A DNA stretch of 64,000 nt from Planctomycetota bacterium (GTDB lineage: Bacteria > Planctomycetota > B15-G4 > JADJEK01), in the NCBI GenBank assembly GCA_016213895.1, contig JACQZJ010000076.1, forward strand, positions 1,291-65,290, written 5' to 3'. Numbering within the stretch: the stretch's first letter is position 1; each line of letters starts with the position of its first letter. A model generated the notes under the pieces. It had not been told where the DNA came from. It was given only the letters and a program-made list of their open reading frames with translations, and searched no databases. The position numbers and the translations under genes are program-made. Below, piece after piece: positions 27,461 to 37,339 of this stretch.

Positions 27461-29004
27461 TCAGTTCCCGCCGCTGCCCAGCTCCGCGAGCACCTCGCTG
27501 TCGAGGCCCCAGGTCAGTGTGCTGTCGTACGGGTCCATGTCGATGGCCAGGAGCTGGTACTTCTTGCCCGTGTCCTTGGAGTCGCCGTCCGCGAGCTTGC
27601 GGTAGGCCTCGCCCAGATGGCGGTACATGTGCGGGTTCATGGGATCGAGCTGGATCCCCTTCTGCAGGACCTCGATCGCCTCCTTGGCCTTGTCGTCCTC
27701 GATGAGCAGCTCGCCATAGCCCAGGTAGGTGCTCGGGTTGGTGGTGTACCCCTCGATCGCCTTCTTGAAGAACACGCCCGCGCGGACGTTGCGGTCCCAG
27801 CGCTTGCAGAACATGGCGGCCGCGTGGTAGCCGCGCGCCGACTCCACCTTCATCGAACGGATGTAGTCGTACCACTCCTTCTCGTAGGCATCGAGGTCCT
27901 GGACGCCGAGCGTCTTCTTGAACTGATCGATGGCGAAGTCGCGCTTCACCCACATGAAGTTCGGGTTGCGCGGGTTGGCCTCGCGTTCGGCCGTGCCCCG
28001 CGCCAGCTTGTCGACGTAGGCCTTGAACTTCGGCCGGGTCTTGGCGTTCTCCATGAGCTTGTGGCAGAGCGACCAGGCCCAGGCGTACTTGATGCCGTCC
28101 TGGAACACGCTGTCGCGCAGCAGCCCTTCCAGGTCCTGGTTCTCGCCGCCGTCCATCTCGTCCATGAGTATGACCAGGCGCCCTTCCTGCTGGTGTCCGA
28201 GCGACATCTGCTTGGTGGTCGGATCCCACTGGCTGGCGCCGTAGTACTCGGCCATGCCCTCCTCGATCCAGGGCTCGAGCTGCCAGTTGTCCTTCGTGTG
28301 CAGGAAGAAGAGGTAGTGGTTCAGCTCGTGGAAGAGCACGTCGAGGGTGAGGCGCTCGTCCTGGCGCTCGTAGAAGAAGTTCAGCTCGATTGGGTCGACG
28401 AAGCGGAAGTAGCCCAGGACGTTCTCGCTCACGTTGCCGATCCGCGTGAAGTCCTCGCGCTTGTTGTAGAAGCAGACCTTGAGCTTCTTGCCCTTGGGCT
28501 GCTGCACCTTCCACTCCTTGGCGAAGGTGTCGTAGTAGACCTCGAACATGTCCATGTACTGGCGGCCGACGTCCAGCGGCACGGTGAACTCGAAGGAGAA
28601 GTGCTTGGTGTCCTGCTGGTAGCGGTCGCGCCACTCCTGGTGCTTCCTGTACTCGTCGAGCTGCGCGCGCCGCTCCTGCTGCTGCTTCTCGACGAGCTGG
28701 TCGCGCCGCGCCTTGGGGATCCACTTGCCCTCGAACGGCACCAGGCCCAGGGCGAGCTTCTCGGCCTCCTCGGGGGTCCGCGCCTCGACGCTGCCTCCTC
28801 CCTCGGCGCAGAAGAAGTCCTGCACCAGCTCCTTCGCGACGATGACCGAACCGTGCGGATAGACCACCTCGAAGTCCTTCTCGCGCTCGATGAGCTTGGG
28901 GACCTCGTAGTAGCGCCCGTCCTTGAAGAAGAGCGAGTCGCCCGCCGCGCTGGCCGCGGCGGCGCACACAAGAAACAGCGTGCTCAGGGTCGTTCGCGCG
29001 CGCA
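27461..29004 (-). CDS. Secreted HExxH-motif putative metallopeptidase (DUF1570-like) with C-terminal TPR-like region
   Basis: The real start MRARTTLSTLFLVCAAAASAAG is a signal peptide, with GGAGGGA upstream. The HExxH motif sits in VLFHELNHYLFF. The C-terminal ...YLGYGELLIEDDKAKEAIEVLQKGIQLDPMNPHMYRHLGEAYRKL is TPR-like. The upstream 360 aa of the 911-aa track ORF are artefact. Confidence 0.65.
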
Positions 29005-29019
29005 TGACTCGTCCCTCCG

Positions 29020-30759
29020 TCACTTCGTGCGGCCTTCGGCGTACTTGCCCCACGAGCTGTCCAGGCTGTTCCAGTCCCCGTCGTCCCAGTCCTTGAAGGT
29101 GAGCTGGAAGGCGTCCTCGAGCAGGCGCTCGGCGACCTTCTCGTAGGCCTGGTCGCGTCGCTTGCGGTACTCCTCGTCCTCGGCCTTGAGCCGCTCCTCG
29201 TCGGACATGCCGGCGCCGCTCTTGGCCCCCGACTCCTTCCTGTCCTTCTCCAGGTCGGCCTCGACCTTCTGCACCAGGTCGTAGAGGTTGCCGATGTAGT
29301 GGGTCACGAGGGACGCGGTCTTCTTGTTCTTGCTGCCTGGACCCTCGATGAGGTAGCGCACCACCGAGGCGCACTGCGCCTGGGTGAAGCGCCCGAGCTG
29401 GCCCTGCCACAGCTCGTCTGGCGTGGTCGTGATCAGGGTCTTGACGGGCTTGATCGGCGCCAGCGCCGGGTTCGATCCCTCGAACTTCCGCTGCTCGAGC
29501 ATGGCATCGTTCAGCGCGTCCTCTTCCCACTGCTCGGGATTGAAGACGAGCTTGGAGCCTTTCAGCACCCCGTTGTTCACGTACTCCTGCAGGCCCCACG
29601 AGAGCCAGCGCGGCATCCTGTCCCAGAGCTGGTCGTTCTTGCCCTCCAAGAAGTTGCAGGTGATGTCCGTTGACAGGCCGCGGAACTCGGAAATCCAGCC
29701 GACGCTCTCGGGCTTGGCGAACTCGATCTCGCGCACCGTGCCCGGGACCAAGAGGATCAGGCGCGCACCCGTGGGGATGTCCGCCTCCTTCTCGTACACG
29801 CGGATGATCATGGATTGGACCTGCCCCGAGCCGACCGTGCCGAAGTGCGCCTCCATCCAGTCGCAGACCGCCTCGGCGTGCTGGCCCACTTCCTTGGCGT
29901 ACTTCGGCGGGCAGGCGTGGGCGATGAGGAAGTGCTCGGTCTCGAAGCTGCGCCAGCCCGCGGGCAGGGCGTCGATGCACTTCTTGAAAGCGTCTTCCTT
30001 CTGCTTCTTGCGCCGGGCGAGCAGCTCCTCGGCCGAGAGCTTGTCCTCGTCGACGTCGTCGCCGAGATCCAGGTCCACGGAGGCGCTGTCCGTGTCCTTG
30101 AGCTTGAGGCCGGCCTTGTCGAGCAGCTTGAAGCTGTTGAAGGTCTTCTTGAACTCCGCCGTCAGCTCCTCGAAGTGCTGCTCGGTGCAGCTGCACACGA
30201 TGGCGAACTCGCCGTTCGGCACCTTGAAGGCGCAGGCCATCCAGCGCTGCGGGATGTTGGTGCCCTTCTCGAACTTCATTTCATAAATGGTGGCGTCGAA
30301 GCCCGCGATCTTGGCCGGCTTCTCGCCGTCGAAGAAGAAGCCGGTGATCTGGTCCGAGGCGTACTCCTTGAAGTTCCGGTACAGGCGGCCGTTGATGAGC
30401 CAGCTCACCCGCGTCTTGCCTTCCTCGTTCGCACCCTTCTGGCTCTCCTCCTGCGCCTTGGCCACGTCCGCGGCCGAGCGCTCGGGGAAGAAGTAGGTGG
30501 CCATGTGCCGGTGGAACGTCCAACCGATCTTGCTCGGCAGCGCCTTGGTGCACTTGAAGGTGTCGACCAAGTAGTAGTCGAGGATCAGCCCGGCGAGGTC
30601 GCCCGCGTCCGGCGTCACCTCGAAGTCATCCGGGAGCGAGATGCGGTAGCCGATCTTTTCGTTCACGTGGGCGCCGGCGGCCAGAGCCGGGGCGGCCAGG
30701 AACGCGCACAGCAGAGCCGCGCGCCCAGCCAGGCGGATGGTCTTGTTCATGCATGTCAT
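29020..30759 (-). CDS. Secreted hypothetical protein (K/E/F/W-rich), co-oriented 15 nt upstream of the HExxH protein
   Basis: The start is MTCMNKTIRLAGRAALLCAFLAAPALAAGAHV (signal peptide), with GGGAG upstream. The protein is about 580 aa, coherent and non-repetitive, and matches no family I recognise. Confidence 0.6.
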   Translation of the reverse strand: MTCMNKTIRLAGRAALLCAFLAAPALAAGAHVNEKIGYRISLPDDFEVTPDAGDLAGLILDYYLVDTFKCTKALPSKIGWTFHRHMATYFFPERSAADVAKAQEESQKGANEEGKTRVSWLINGRLYRNFKEYASDQITGFFFDGEKPAKIAGFDATIYEMKFEKGTNIPQRWMACAFKVPNGEFAIVCSCTEQHFEELTAEFKKTFNSFKLLDKAGLKLKDTDSASVDLDLGDDVDEDKLSAEELLARRKKQKEDAFKKCIDALPAGWRSFETEHFLIAHACPPKYAKEVGQHAEAVCDWMEAHFGTVGSGQVQSMIIRVYEKEADIPTGARLILLVPGTVREIEFAKPESVGWISEFRGLSTDITCNFLEGKNDQLWDRMPRWLSWGLQEYVNNGVLKGSKLVFNPEQWEEDALNDAMLEQRKFEGSNPALAPIKPVKTLITTTPDELWQGQLGRFTQAQCASVVRYLIEGPGSKNKKTASLVTHYIGNLYDLVQKVEADLEKDRKESGAKSGAGMSDEERLKAEDEEYRKRRDQAYEKVAERLLEDAFQLTFKDWDDGDWNSLDSSWGKYAEGRTK

Positions 30760-31403
30760 GGAGAACTCCCTCTTCCTTTCCAACCCTTTCACCAATGTTC
30801 CTTCCTCGTTCGGCGCGGCCGATCCCCGGCACGGCGCCAAGGGGGAGGACGCCTGCCGTTGAAGACCGGCCTTCCGCCGCCGGGTTCCGCGGACTACTGT
30901 AGCCGAAGCCGGGCGGGCCGCGATAGACCGGATTTTCGCCGCCGGCAGCGCCCGCCTGGTCCTTCGCGCCGGGCCCGGGGGACGCGTTCCCCCTTTGATG
31001 GCTCGGGTCGCGGGTCTTTGCGTTGATTTTCAAGAAAAAGCGAACGGCGGGGGGCGCGCGGCGGCGTCCGGGCCTGCTGCTGCTCGCGCACCGCGGCCGT
31101 GGCCGTGCCCGTGGCCGGCCTGGCGCTGGCCGGCGCGCTCTGGGAGAGCGGCCGGGTCACGCTGCCCCTGCCCCGCGCGCGGCCCGCGGCCCTGCCCGCG
31201 CCCGAGCAGGCGCGCCGCGCCGGCGACGACTACCTCGTGGTGACGCGGCGGAACGTCGCCAACCTGGAAGCCGCGCTGGCGCGAAACAACAAGTAGGGTC
31301 GAGGCGGCCGGGGCGCCGCTTTCCCGGACGGCCGCATCCTGGCGGCGCATATGATGTCCGTCCCGCCGGCGCGCGCCGGCTTGCACCACGGAGATCGACC
31401 CAG

Positions 31404-32288
31404 ATGCGTTGTCTGCCGCTTGCGTTCTGCTGCCTCGCCTTGGGCTGCGCCGCCTACTGTCCGCCGCGCGAGGTCGCCGCCACCCTGAACCAGGCGGTGC
31501 ACGCCGCGCAGATCCAGATCGAGCGCGAGAACCCCCTGGCGGCGGCGCAGCTCGTCGAGGCGGTGCTGCGCATCGACCCCGAACACGCGAGCGCCCGGCA
31601 GGTGAAGGAGTCGATCTCCTCGCCGCAGGTCGAGTTCCTGTTCGAGCAGAGCCCGATCGGCTCGAACCGCGCGCGCCGCGTGCCGATCGAGCGCTCGCTC
31701 GGCGCGCGCATCGGCCTCTACCTGCCGGACCGGCTGCTCGACCTGCTGGACGTGCTCTCCTTCGACGTGCACCTCGGCCTGGGCGTGCTGGTGAACGTGC
31801 ACGTCACGCGGGCGGTGCAGGTCGGCGCGGGCGGACGCGCCACCGGCGGCTTCGGCTGGCACGACCACCGCTCGCTCGGGGTGCTGGCCCAGACGGAGAG
31901 CGAGTTCGTCCTGCCCGGAGTGGGCGCCCAGGCCTACCTGGGGGCGCTCGCCGGCACCTCCGGCCTGCTGGCGACCGGCGACGCCCTGGCCGGCGTGCAT
32001 GCGCCTTCCGCGGAGCTGTACCAGGAATACCGCGACTACTGGGCGGTGGGCGTCTCGGTCACCGCGGTGGTGGTCGGGCTCGACCTCGACATCCACCCGC
32101 TGGAGATCGCCGACTTCGCGGCCGGCCTTTGCACCTTCGACTTCCTGTACGACGACCTCGCCGCGACCACGGGCCTGGGGCTTTCGCACACCGAGCGCGC
32201 GCTGCTTTGGCAGCTGTCCGACATCGGCCGCTCCCAGCGCACGATGGAGGCGTACCTCGCGACCGTGGAGGCGGAGCGCGGGAAGTAA
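31404..32288 (+). CDS. Hypothetical lipoprotein
   Basis: The start is MRCLPLAFCCLALGCAAYCP (lipobox LALGC). The 294 aa downstream look like a real protein. The upstream 380 bp of the 421-aa track ORF are Arg/Gly-rich artefact. Confidence 0.5.
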   Translation: MRCLPLAFCCLALGCAAYCPPREVAATLNQAVHAAQIQIERENPLAAAQLVEAVLRIDPEHASARQVKESISSPQVEFLFEQSPIGSNRARRVPIERSLGARIGLYLPDRLLDLLDVLSFDVHLGLGVLVNVHVTRAVQVGAGGRATGGFGWHDHRSLGVLAQTESEFVLPGVGAQAYLGALAGTSGLLATGDALAGVHAPSAELYQEYRDYWAVGVSVTAVVVGLDLDIHPLEIADFAAGLCTFDFLYDDLAATTGLGLSHTERALLWQLSDIGRSQRTMEAYLATVEAERGK

Positions 32289-32303
32289 CCCCTGGGGGCG
32301 AAC

Positions 32304-33023
32304 ATGGACTGGGCACTGGTGACCGGCGCGAGCCGGGGGATCGGGCGGGCGATCGCGCTGGCGCTGGCGCGCCTGCCGGCGCACGTGGTGGTCAACTACA
32401 AGTCGTCGCGCGAGCAGGCCGAGGGGGTCGCGGCCGAGATCGGCGCCGCGGGCGGATCGGCCGAGGCGTGCGGCTTCGACGTCGCGGACGCGGCCGCCGC
32501 CGAGCGCGAGGTGCGGCGCCTGATCGAGCGGCGCGGCGCGCCCTACGCCGTGGTCAACAACGCCGGCGTGGTGCGGGACGAGCTCATGGTCTGGCTGACG
32601 CCGGCGGAATGGGAGAGCGTCATCGCCACCAACCTGGGCGGCTTCTTCAACGTGACGCGCCTCTGCCTCAAGGACATGCTGGTGGCGCGGCGCGGCCGCA
32701 TCATCAACGTCAGCTCGGTCGCCGGGCAGCAAGGGAACGCGGGCCAGGTGAGCTACGCGGCTTCCAAGGCCGGTCTGAACGGCGCCACCATGGCCCTGGC
32801 GCGCGAGGTGGCGCGGCGCGGCATCACCGTGAACGCCGTCGCCCCGGGCTACGTCGAAACGGAGATGACTCGTTCTCTCGACGCGGCTACACTGCAGAAG
32901 GCGATCCCGATCGGCCGCTTCGGCCGGCCGGAGGAGGTCGCTTCCCTGGTCGCGTTCCTCTGTTCCGACGGCGCTGCCTACATCACCGGCCAGGTCATTG
33001 CGGTGAACGGAGGTCTGGTCTAG
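32304..33023 (+). CDS. fabG: 3-oxoacyl-ACP reductase (SDR family)
   Basis: TGASRGIGRAIA is the cofactor-binding motif. The NNAG, S...YAASKAG catalytic triad (YxxxK) and PGYVETEMT are also present, at 239 aa. Confidence 0.9.
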   Translation: MDWALVTGASRGIGRAIALALARLPAHVVVNYKSSREQAEGVAAEIGAAGGSAEACGFDVADAAAAEREVRRLIERRGAPYAVVNNAGVVRDELMVWLTPAEWESVIATNLGGFFNVTRLCLKDMLVARRGRIINVSSVAGQQGNAGQVSYAASKAGLNGATMALAREVARRGITVNAVAPGYVETEMTRSLDAATLQKAIPIGRFGRPEEVASLVAFLCSDGAAYITGQVIAVNGGLV

Positions 33024-33313
33024 TGGCAGGTTCCGAGTCCGCGGATCCCGGCGTCGAGGCCGTCGTGAACCGCATCATGATCGACGAGTTCGAGTGCGCG
33101 GAGGCGGCGCTGCGGCCCGAGGCCCTGCTGAACGAGTACCTCAGCCTCGACAGCCTGGACGGCGTCGATCTGGTCGTGGCCCTGGAGAAGGCGTTCCGCT
33201 GCCGCATCGCCGAGGAAGAAGCGCGCGGCATCAAGACGCTCGGGGACATCTACGCGAAGGTTCGCTCCCGGCTTGCCGGCGCCGCGGCGCCCGCGGACGG
33301 AGGGGGTGCTTGA
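33024..33313 (+). CDS. Acyl carrier protein
   Basis: LDSLDGVDLVVALEKAF is the phosphopantetheine-attachment motif DSL. A GTG start immediately after the fabG TAG (TAGTG) gives the expected helix-I spacing. Confidence 0.75.
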
Positions 33314-33597
33314 GCGGCGCGGCCGAGCCTCCCGCGGAGTTCATTCCGCACCGGCCGCCGATCCTTTGCGTGGACGAGATCGTCGAGATGGCGGAGGAGC
33401 GCGTGGTGTGCGCGGGGCTGGTGCAGGCCGGGCCGCACGCGTGCGCGGGCGAGATGTGGGAGGAGGGGCTGATCGAGGGGCTGGCGCAGGCGGCCGGGGT
33501 GATGCACGGCGCGCTCCTCAGGAAGCGCGGCCTGCCTCCCGGCTTGGGGCTGCTCGTCGGGATCCGCGGATTCGCGGTGCGGCGCCGCGCGCGCTGA
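33311..33597 (+). CDS. Short hot-dog-fold protein, FabZ/FabA-like N-terminal segment (IPHRPP motif), non-canonical start
   Basis: FIPHRPPILCVDEIVEM matches the FabZ LPHRYPFLLVDRV block. Only about 95 aa are open, and a TTG/CTG start overlaps the ACP stop. Confidence 0.45.
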
Positions 33598-33603
33598 AGT
33601 GTC

Positions 33604-33625
33604 CCCTCTCCCCTTGGGGAGAGGG
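33604..33625. other. Perfect 10-bp inverted repeat hairpin (CCCTCTCCCC-TT-GGGGAGAGGG) between two hot-dog genes
   Basis: The hairpin is read directly from the sequence. It lies between the TGA at 33595-97 and the GTG at 33631, just upstream of the AAGGAGG RBS of the next gene. Confidence 0.8.
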
Positions 33626-33630
33626 CCAGG

Positions 33631-34026
33631 GTGAGGGGTAAGGAGGTCGACGCGCTGCGCGTGGTCTGGCACGGCCACTACCTCACCTACTTCGAGGAGG
33701 GGCGCACCGCGTTCGGCCGGGAGTACTCCCTCGGCTACGAGCAGATCCTCGCCGCGGGCTGCGTCGCGCCCCTGGTGCGGGTGGAGGTCGACTTCCTGGC
33801 GCCGGCGACGTACGGGGACCTGCTCAGCGTGCGCACGCGCATGCACGCGGCCAGCGGCGCGCGCCTCGACTTCTCGTACCTGATCACGGACGGCGCCGGC
33901 CGCAGCCTCGCGGCCGGGTCCTCGGTGCAGGTCTTCACCGAGCTGGACGGGACCCTGGTGCTGACGCGTCCCCCCTTCTTCGAGCGCTTCCTGGCCGAGA
34001 ATGCCGGGCGGATGAGGGCGGGATGA
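33631..34026 (+). CDS. 4HBT/YbgC-like acyl-CoA (or acyl-ACP) thioesterase, hot-dog fold
   Basis: VVWHGHYLTYFEEGRTAFGRE matches the 4HBT block (HxNYLxYFExxRxxx). The gene is 131 aa, has an AAGGAGG RBS, and overlaps the next gene via ATGA. Confidence 0.7.
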   Translation: MRGKEVDALRVVWHGHYLTYFEEGRTAFGREYSLGYEQILAAGCVAPLVRVEVDFLAPATYGDLLSVRTRMHAASGARLDFSYLITDGAGRSLAAGSSVQVFTELDGTLVLTRPPFFERFLAENAGRMRAG

Positions 34027-34439
34027 GCGCACGCGGCGGGGCGGCGGGGCTGCGCGAGGAGGCGGCGGGCTGCTTGACCGCCGTCGAGCCGGGCGCGGGC
34101 GCGCTCAGCGCGACCTTCCTCTTCCCGCGGGATCTCGCCGTGTTCGCCGGGCACTTTCCCGGCTCTCCGCTGGTGCCCGGGGTCTACCTGGTCGAGGCGG
34201 TGCGCGCGGCGCTGGAGCGGGCGCGCGGCCGCTCCCTCAGGCTGGTCGAGGTGCGGGACGCGCGCTTCACGGCGCCGGTCCTGCCGGGCGACCTGGTGCG
34301 CGTGGAGGTGGCGCACGCGGGCGGCGCTCCGCCCTGGTCGTGCCAGGCGGTCCTGTCGCGGCGCGGGGAGGTCGCGGCGCGCATCGAACTCGTGCTGGCG
34401 CTCGAGGAAGGGCAACGGGACGCGGACCCTGGGCTATGA
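34023..34439 (+). CDS. FabZ-like 3-hydroxyacyl-ACP dehydratase (hot-dog fold)
   Basis: FAGHFPGSPLVPGVYLVEAVRAA matches the FabZ catalytic block FxGHFPxxPVMPGVLxxEA. Confidence 0.75.
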   Translation: MSARGGAAGLREEAAGCLTAVEPGAGALSATFLFPRDLAVFAGHFPGSPLVPGVYLVEAVRAALERARGRSLRLVEVRDARFTAPVLPGDLVRVEVAHAGGAPPWSCQAVLSRRGEVAARIELVLALEEGQRDADPGL

Positions 34440-34482
34440 TGGCGGTACCGCCCGCGCCGGGGCGCAAGGCGGCGAGAGAACC

Positions 34483-35715
34483 GTGAGCCTGGAACAGCGA
34501 GTCGTCGTCACCGGCATGGGGGCGATCTCCTGCCTCGGAGAGAGCCTGGAGGAGATCGCGCGCGCCCTGCGCGAGGGGCGCTCCGGCGTGGTCTACGCGC
34601 CTGAGCGCAAGGAGCGCGGCTTCCGCTCGGCGCTCATGACGCGCCTGCCGGAGGTAGACGTCAAGGGCGAGCTGGATCGTAAGGCGCGCAAGTTCATGCC
34701 CGAGGCCGCGGTCTACTGCGCCCTCGCCGCCAACCGCGCGCTCCGCTCCGCGCATCTCCGCCGCGAGCAGGTGGCGCGCCCGGACGCCGGCATCATCATC
34801 GGCAACGACTCCTCCTCGGAGTGCCTGCCGGAGATGATGGCCACGCTGCAGCAGTACGGCGAGTCGCACTTCCTCGGCTCGAACATGGTCATCAAGGTCA
34901 TGAACTCGACCGTGTCCATGAACCTCGGGCCGTACCTCGGTGCCAAGGGCATCAACCTGACGATCAGCGCGGCGTGCAGCAGCGGCGCGCACGCTCTCGG
35001 TCTCGCCTACCAGCTCATCCGCTCCGGCGCGCAGCGCCTGATCTTCGCCGGCGGCGCCCAGGAGACCAACTGGGTGTCGATGGTGAGCTTCGACGCGCTC
35101 AACACCTTCAGCGTGCGCCACGAGGACCCGCGCGCCGCGTCGCGGCCGTTCGACCGCGGCCGCGACGGCCTCGTGCCCGGCGGCGGCGGCGCGCTGCTCG
35201 TGCTGGAGAGCCTGGAGAGCGCGCGCGCGCGCGACGCGCGCATCTACGGCGAGATCGTGGGCTACGCCTTCTCCTCGGACGGCGACCATCTGACGCTGCC
35301 TTCCGGGGACGGCGCGCTGCGCTGCATGCGGGCGGCGCTGGCCGCGGCCGGGATCGCGCCGCGCGACGTGGACTACATCAACGCCCACGCCACATCGACG
35401 CCGCAGGGCGACCAGGTGGAGGCCGGCGCCATCCACGAGCTGTTCGGCGCCGCCGGCCCGCCGGTCTCCTCGACCAAGTCGATGACCGGCCACGAGTGCT
35501 GGATGGCGGGCGCCTCCGAGGCGATCTACTGCCTGCTCATGATGCAGGACGGCTTCCTCGCCCCGAACATCAACTTCGAGGCGTTCGACGAGCAGACGCC
35601 CGAGATCAACGTCATCGCCGAGACGCTCACCGGCGAGGCGGACGTCGTGCTGTCGAACTCCTTCGGGTTCGGCGGCACGAACGCATGCCTCGTGCTGAAG
35701 CGCTTCCGGCAGTAG
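34483..35715 (+). CDS. Beta-ketoacyl-ACP synthase (KAS I/II-type)
   Basis: The active-site Cys is in ISAACSSGAHA. The His residues are in INAHATSTPQGD and MTGHECWMAGASE, followed by C-terminal NSFGFGGTNA, at 410 aa. Confidence 0.9.
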   Translation: MSLEQRVVVTGMGAISCLGESLEEIARALREGRSGVVYAPERKERGFRSALMTRLPEVDVKGELDRKARKFMPEAAVYCALAANRALRSAHLRREQVARPDAGIIIGNDSSSECLPEMMATLQQYGESHFLGSNMVIKVMNSTVSMNLGPYLGAKGINLTISAACSSGAHALGLAYQLIRSGAQRLIFAGGAQETNWVSMVSFDALNTFSVRHEDPRAASRPFDRGRDGLVPGGGGALLVLESLESARARDARIYGEIVGYAFSSDGDHLTLPSGDGALRCMRAALAAAGIAPRDVDYINAHATSTPQGDQVEAGAIHELFGAAGPPVSSTKSMTGHECWMAGASEAIYCLLMMQDGFLAPNINFEAFDEQTPEINVIAETLTGEADVVLSNSFGFGGTNACLVLKRFRQ

Positions 35716-35731
35716 GGAGGGGCGGGCGGCA

Positions 35732-37210
35732 GTGGCGCAGGCCGACGTCGTCGTCATCGGCGCAGGGCTGTCGGGGCTGGTTTGCGCCATCCTCCAGGCC
35801 GAGACCGGGCGCAGGGTGGTCGTGCTCGAGCGCCACGATGTGCCCGGCGGCTACCAGCAGCAGTTCCAGCGCAAGGGCACGGTGTTCGACGTCGGCTACC
35901 ACTACATGGGCTCGACCGCCCCCGGGCGGCCCATGCGCCAGTTCCTGGAGTACCTGCGCATCTGGGACAGGCTGCGCCTCTTGCCGCTTCCCGAGGACGC
36001 GGCCATCGAGGTGGCGAACGGCGCGCGGCGCTTCGCTTACCCGAACGGCTGGGCGCGCTTCCGGGAGAAGGCGCTCGCCGCCTGGCCGCACGAACGGGCG
36101 GGGCTCGAGCGCATGTTCCAGGACATTCCCGCCGTGACCGGGGAGTACAAGTGGTTCGACCTGGCGCGCGGCAAACCGTACGCGCACCCGCTCGACCTCG
36201 GGTTCACGTCGATCTCACTCGCGGAGTACCTGCGGCCGCTGGTGCAGGACCCCTGGCTCCTGCAGGTGCTGGGGGTGCAGGCCTTCAACCTGGGACTGCT
36301 GGCGCACGAGGCGCCGTGGGTCAAGTACGCCCTCGCCCTGCGCTCGAACTTCGACCTGACCAGCCGCATCGCCGGCGGCGGCGGCGCGCTGGTCGCGGCG
36401 CTGGTGGAGCGCGGCCGCGAACTCGGCGTGGACTACCACCTGCGCTCCGAGGTCGTGGGCTTCGAGTGCGCGCAGCGGCGCGTGCGGCGCGTGCGCACCG
36501 CCGACGGCGGCGCCTACGCGGCCGACCTGTTCATCGCCGCCTGCCACCCGAAGGCGGTCCTGGCGCGCATCCGCGACGAGGACGTCAGCCCGGTTTTCAA
36601 GGAGCGCGTGCAGAGCATGAAGGACTCGCGCGGCGCGCTGCAGGTGTTCCTGCGCCTCAAGGAGCTGCCGCGCTCGCTCGGCCGCTCCTGCCTGATGATC
36701 GTGGACGAGGAGGAGGCGCGCCGCGATCCGCCGATCCACATCGTGCTGGTGTGCAACCCCGCCGCCGTCGAGGGGCCGGAGCTCGGCGGCCCGCGCCTGG
36801 AGCTCATGACCTTCCTGGAGCACGCGCCGTTCGCCTCCTGGGCCGGGACGCAGGCCATGCGGCGCGGGGCGGAGTATGAGCGCTTCAAGTGGGCCCTCGC
36901 GCAGCGCGTCATCGACTTGACCACGCGCTTCGCGCCCGAGCTGCCGGAGCTGATCGAGGACATGTACGCGTCGACTCCGCTCACCGACGAGTGGTACACG
37001 CTGAACGCGCACGGCGCGGTCTTCGGCGTGAGCCACGACGTGACCCAGCAGGGCCTGGCGCGGCCGCTGCCGCGCGTGCGCCTGCGCAACCTCTTCTTCA
37101 GCGGGCACTCGATCCAGATGCCCGGCATCTGCGGCGTCTTCATAAACGCCTTCGACACGTGCGAGATGCTGCGCGGCGACGGCGCGCTCTTCGCCGCGGT
37201 CGCGACCTGA
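35732..37210 (+). CDS. FAD-dependent oxidoreductase of the phytoene-desaturase/CrtI-like family
   Basis: VVVIGAGLSGLVCA...VLERHDVPGGY is the dinucleotide-binding fold. The 492-aa length and overall layout match CrtI-type amine-oxidase-fold enzymes. Confidence 0.8.
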   Translation: MAQADVVVIGAGLSGLVCAILQAETGRRVVVLERHDVPGGYQQQFQRKGTVFDVGYHYMGSTAPGRPMRQFLEYLRIWDRLRLLPLPEDAAIEVANGARRFAYPNGWARFREKALAAWPHERAGLERMFQDIPAVTGEYKWFDLARGKPYAHPLDLGFTSISLAEYLRPLVQDPWLLQVLGVQAFNLGLLAHEAPWVKYALALRSNFDLTSRIAGGGGALVAALVERGRELGVDYHLRSEVVGFECAQRRVRRVRTADGGAYAADLFIAACHPKAVLARIRDEDVSPVFKERVQSMKDSRGALQVFLRLKELPRSLGRSCLMIVDEEEARRDPPIHIVLVCNPAAVEGPELGGPRLELMTFLEHAPFASWAGTQAMRRGAEYERFKWALAQRVIDLTTRFAPELPELIEDMYASTPLTDEWYTLNAHGAVFGVSHDVTQQGLARPLPRVRLRNLFFSGHSIQMPGICGVFINAFDTCEMLRGDGALFAAVAT

Positions 37211-37339
37211 GGCGGCGTCTCGTCGTCCTTGCCGGAGAATCGCGGCACCGAGAGAGAGCGCGCGCATTAAAGCCCTCTGTTCGGAGTCGCGCCGCAGGCG
37301 CGGCTTCCCACCCAGTTCACAGAAGGACGGAGGACTGAC

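Noticed and set aside
31023-31400. N-terminal 127 codons of the 421-aa ORF (MIFKKKRTAGGARRRPG...) and the 65-aa ORF at 31099-31296
   Set aside because: They are Arg/Gly/Pro/Ala low-complexity stretches with no RBS. The credible protein starts at the lipoprotein signal MRCLPLAFCCLALGC (31404). The small ORF cannot be excluded but has no support.
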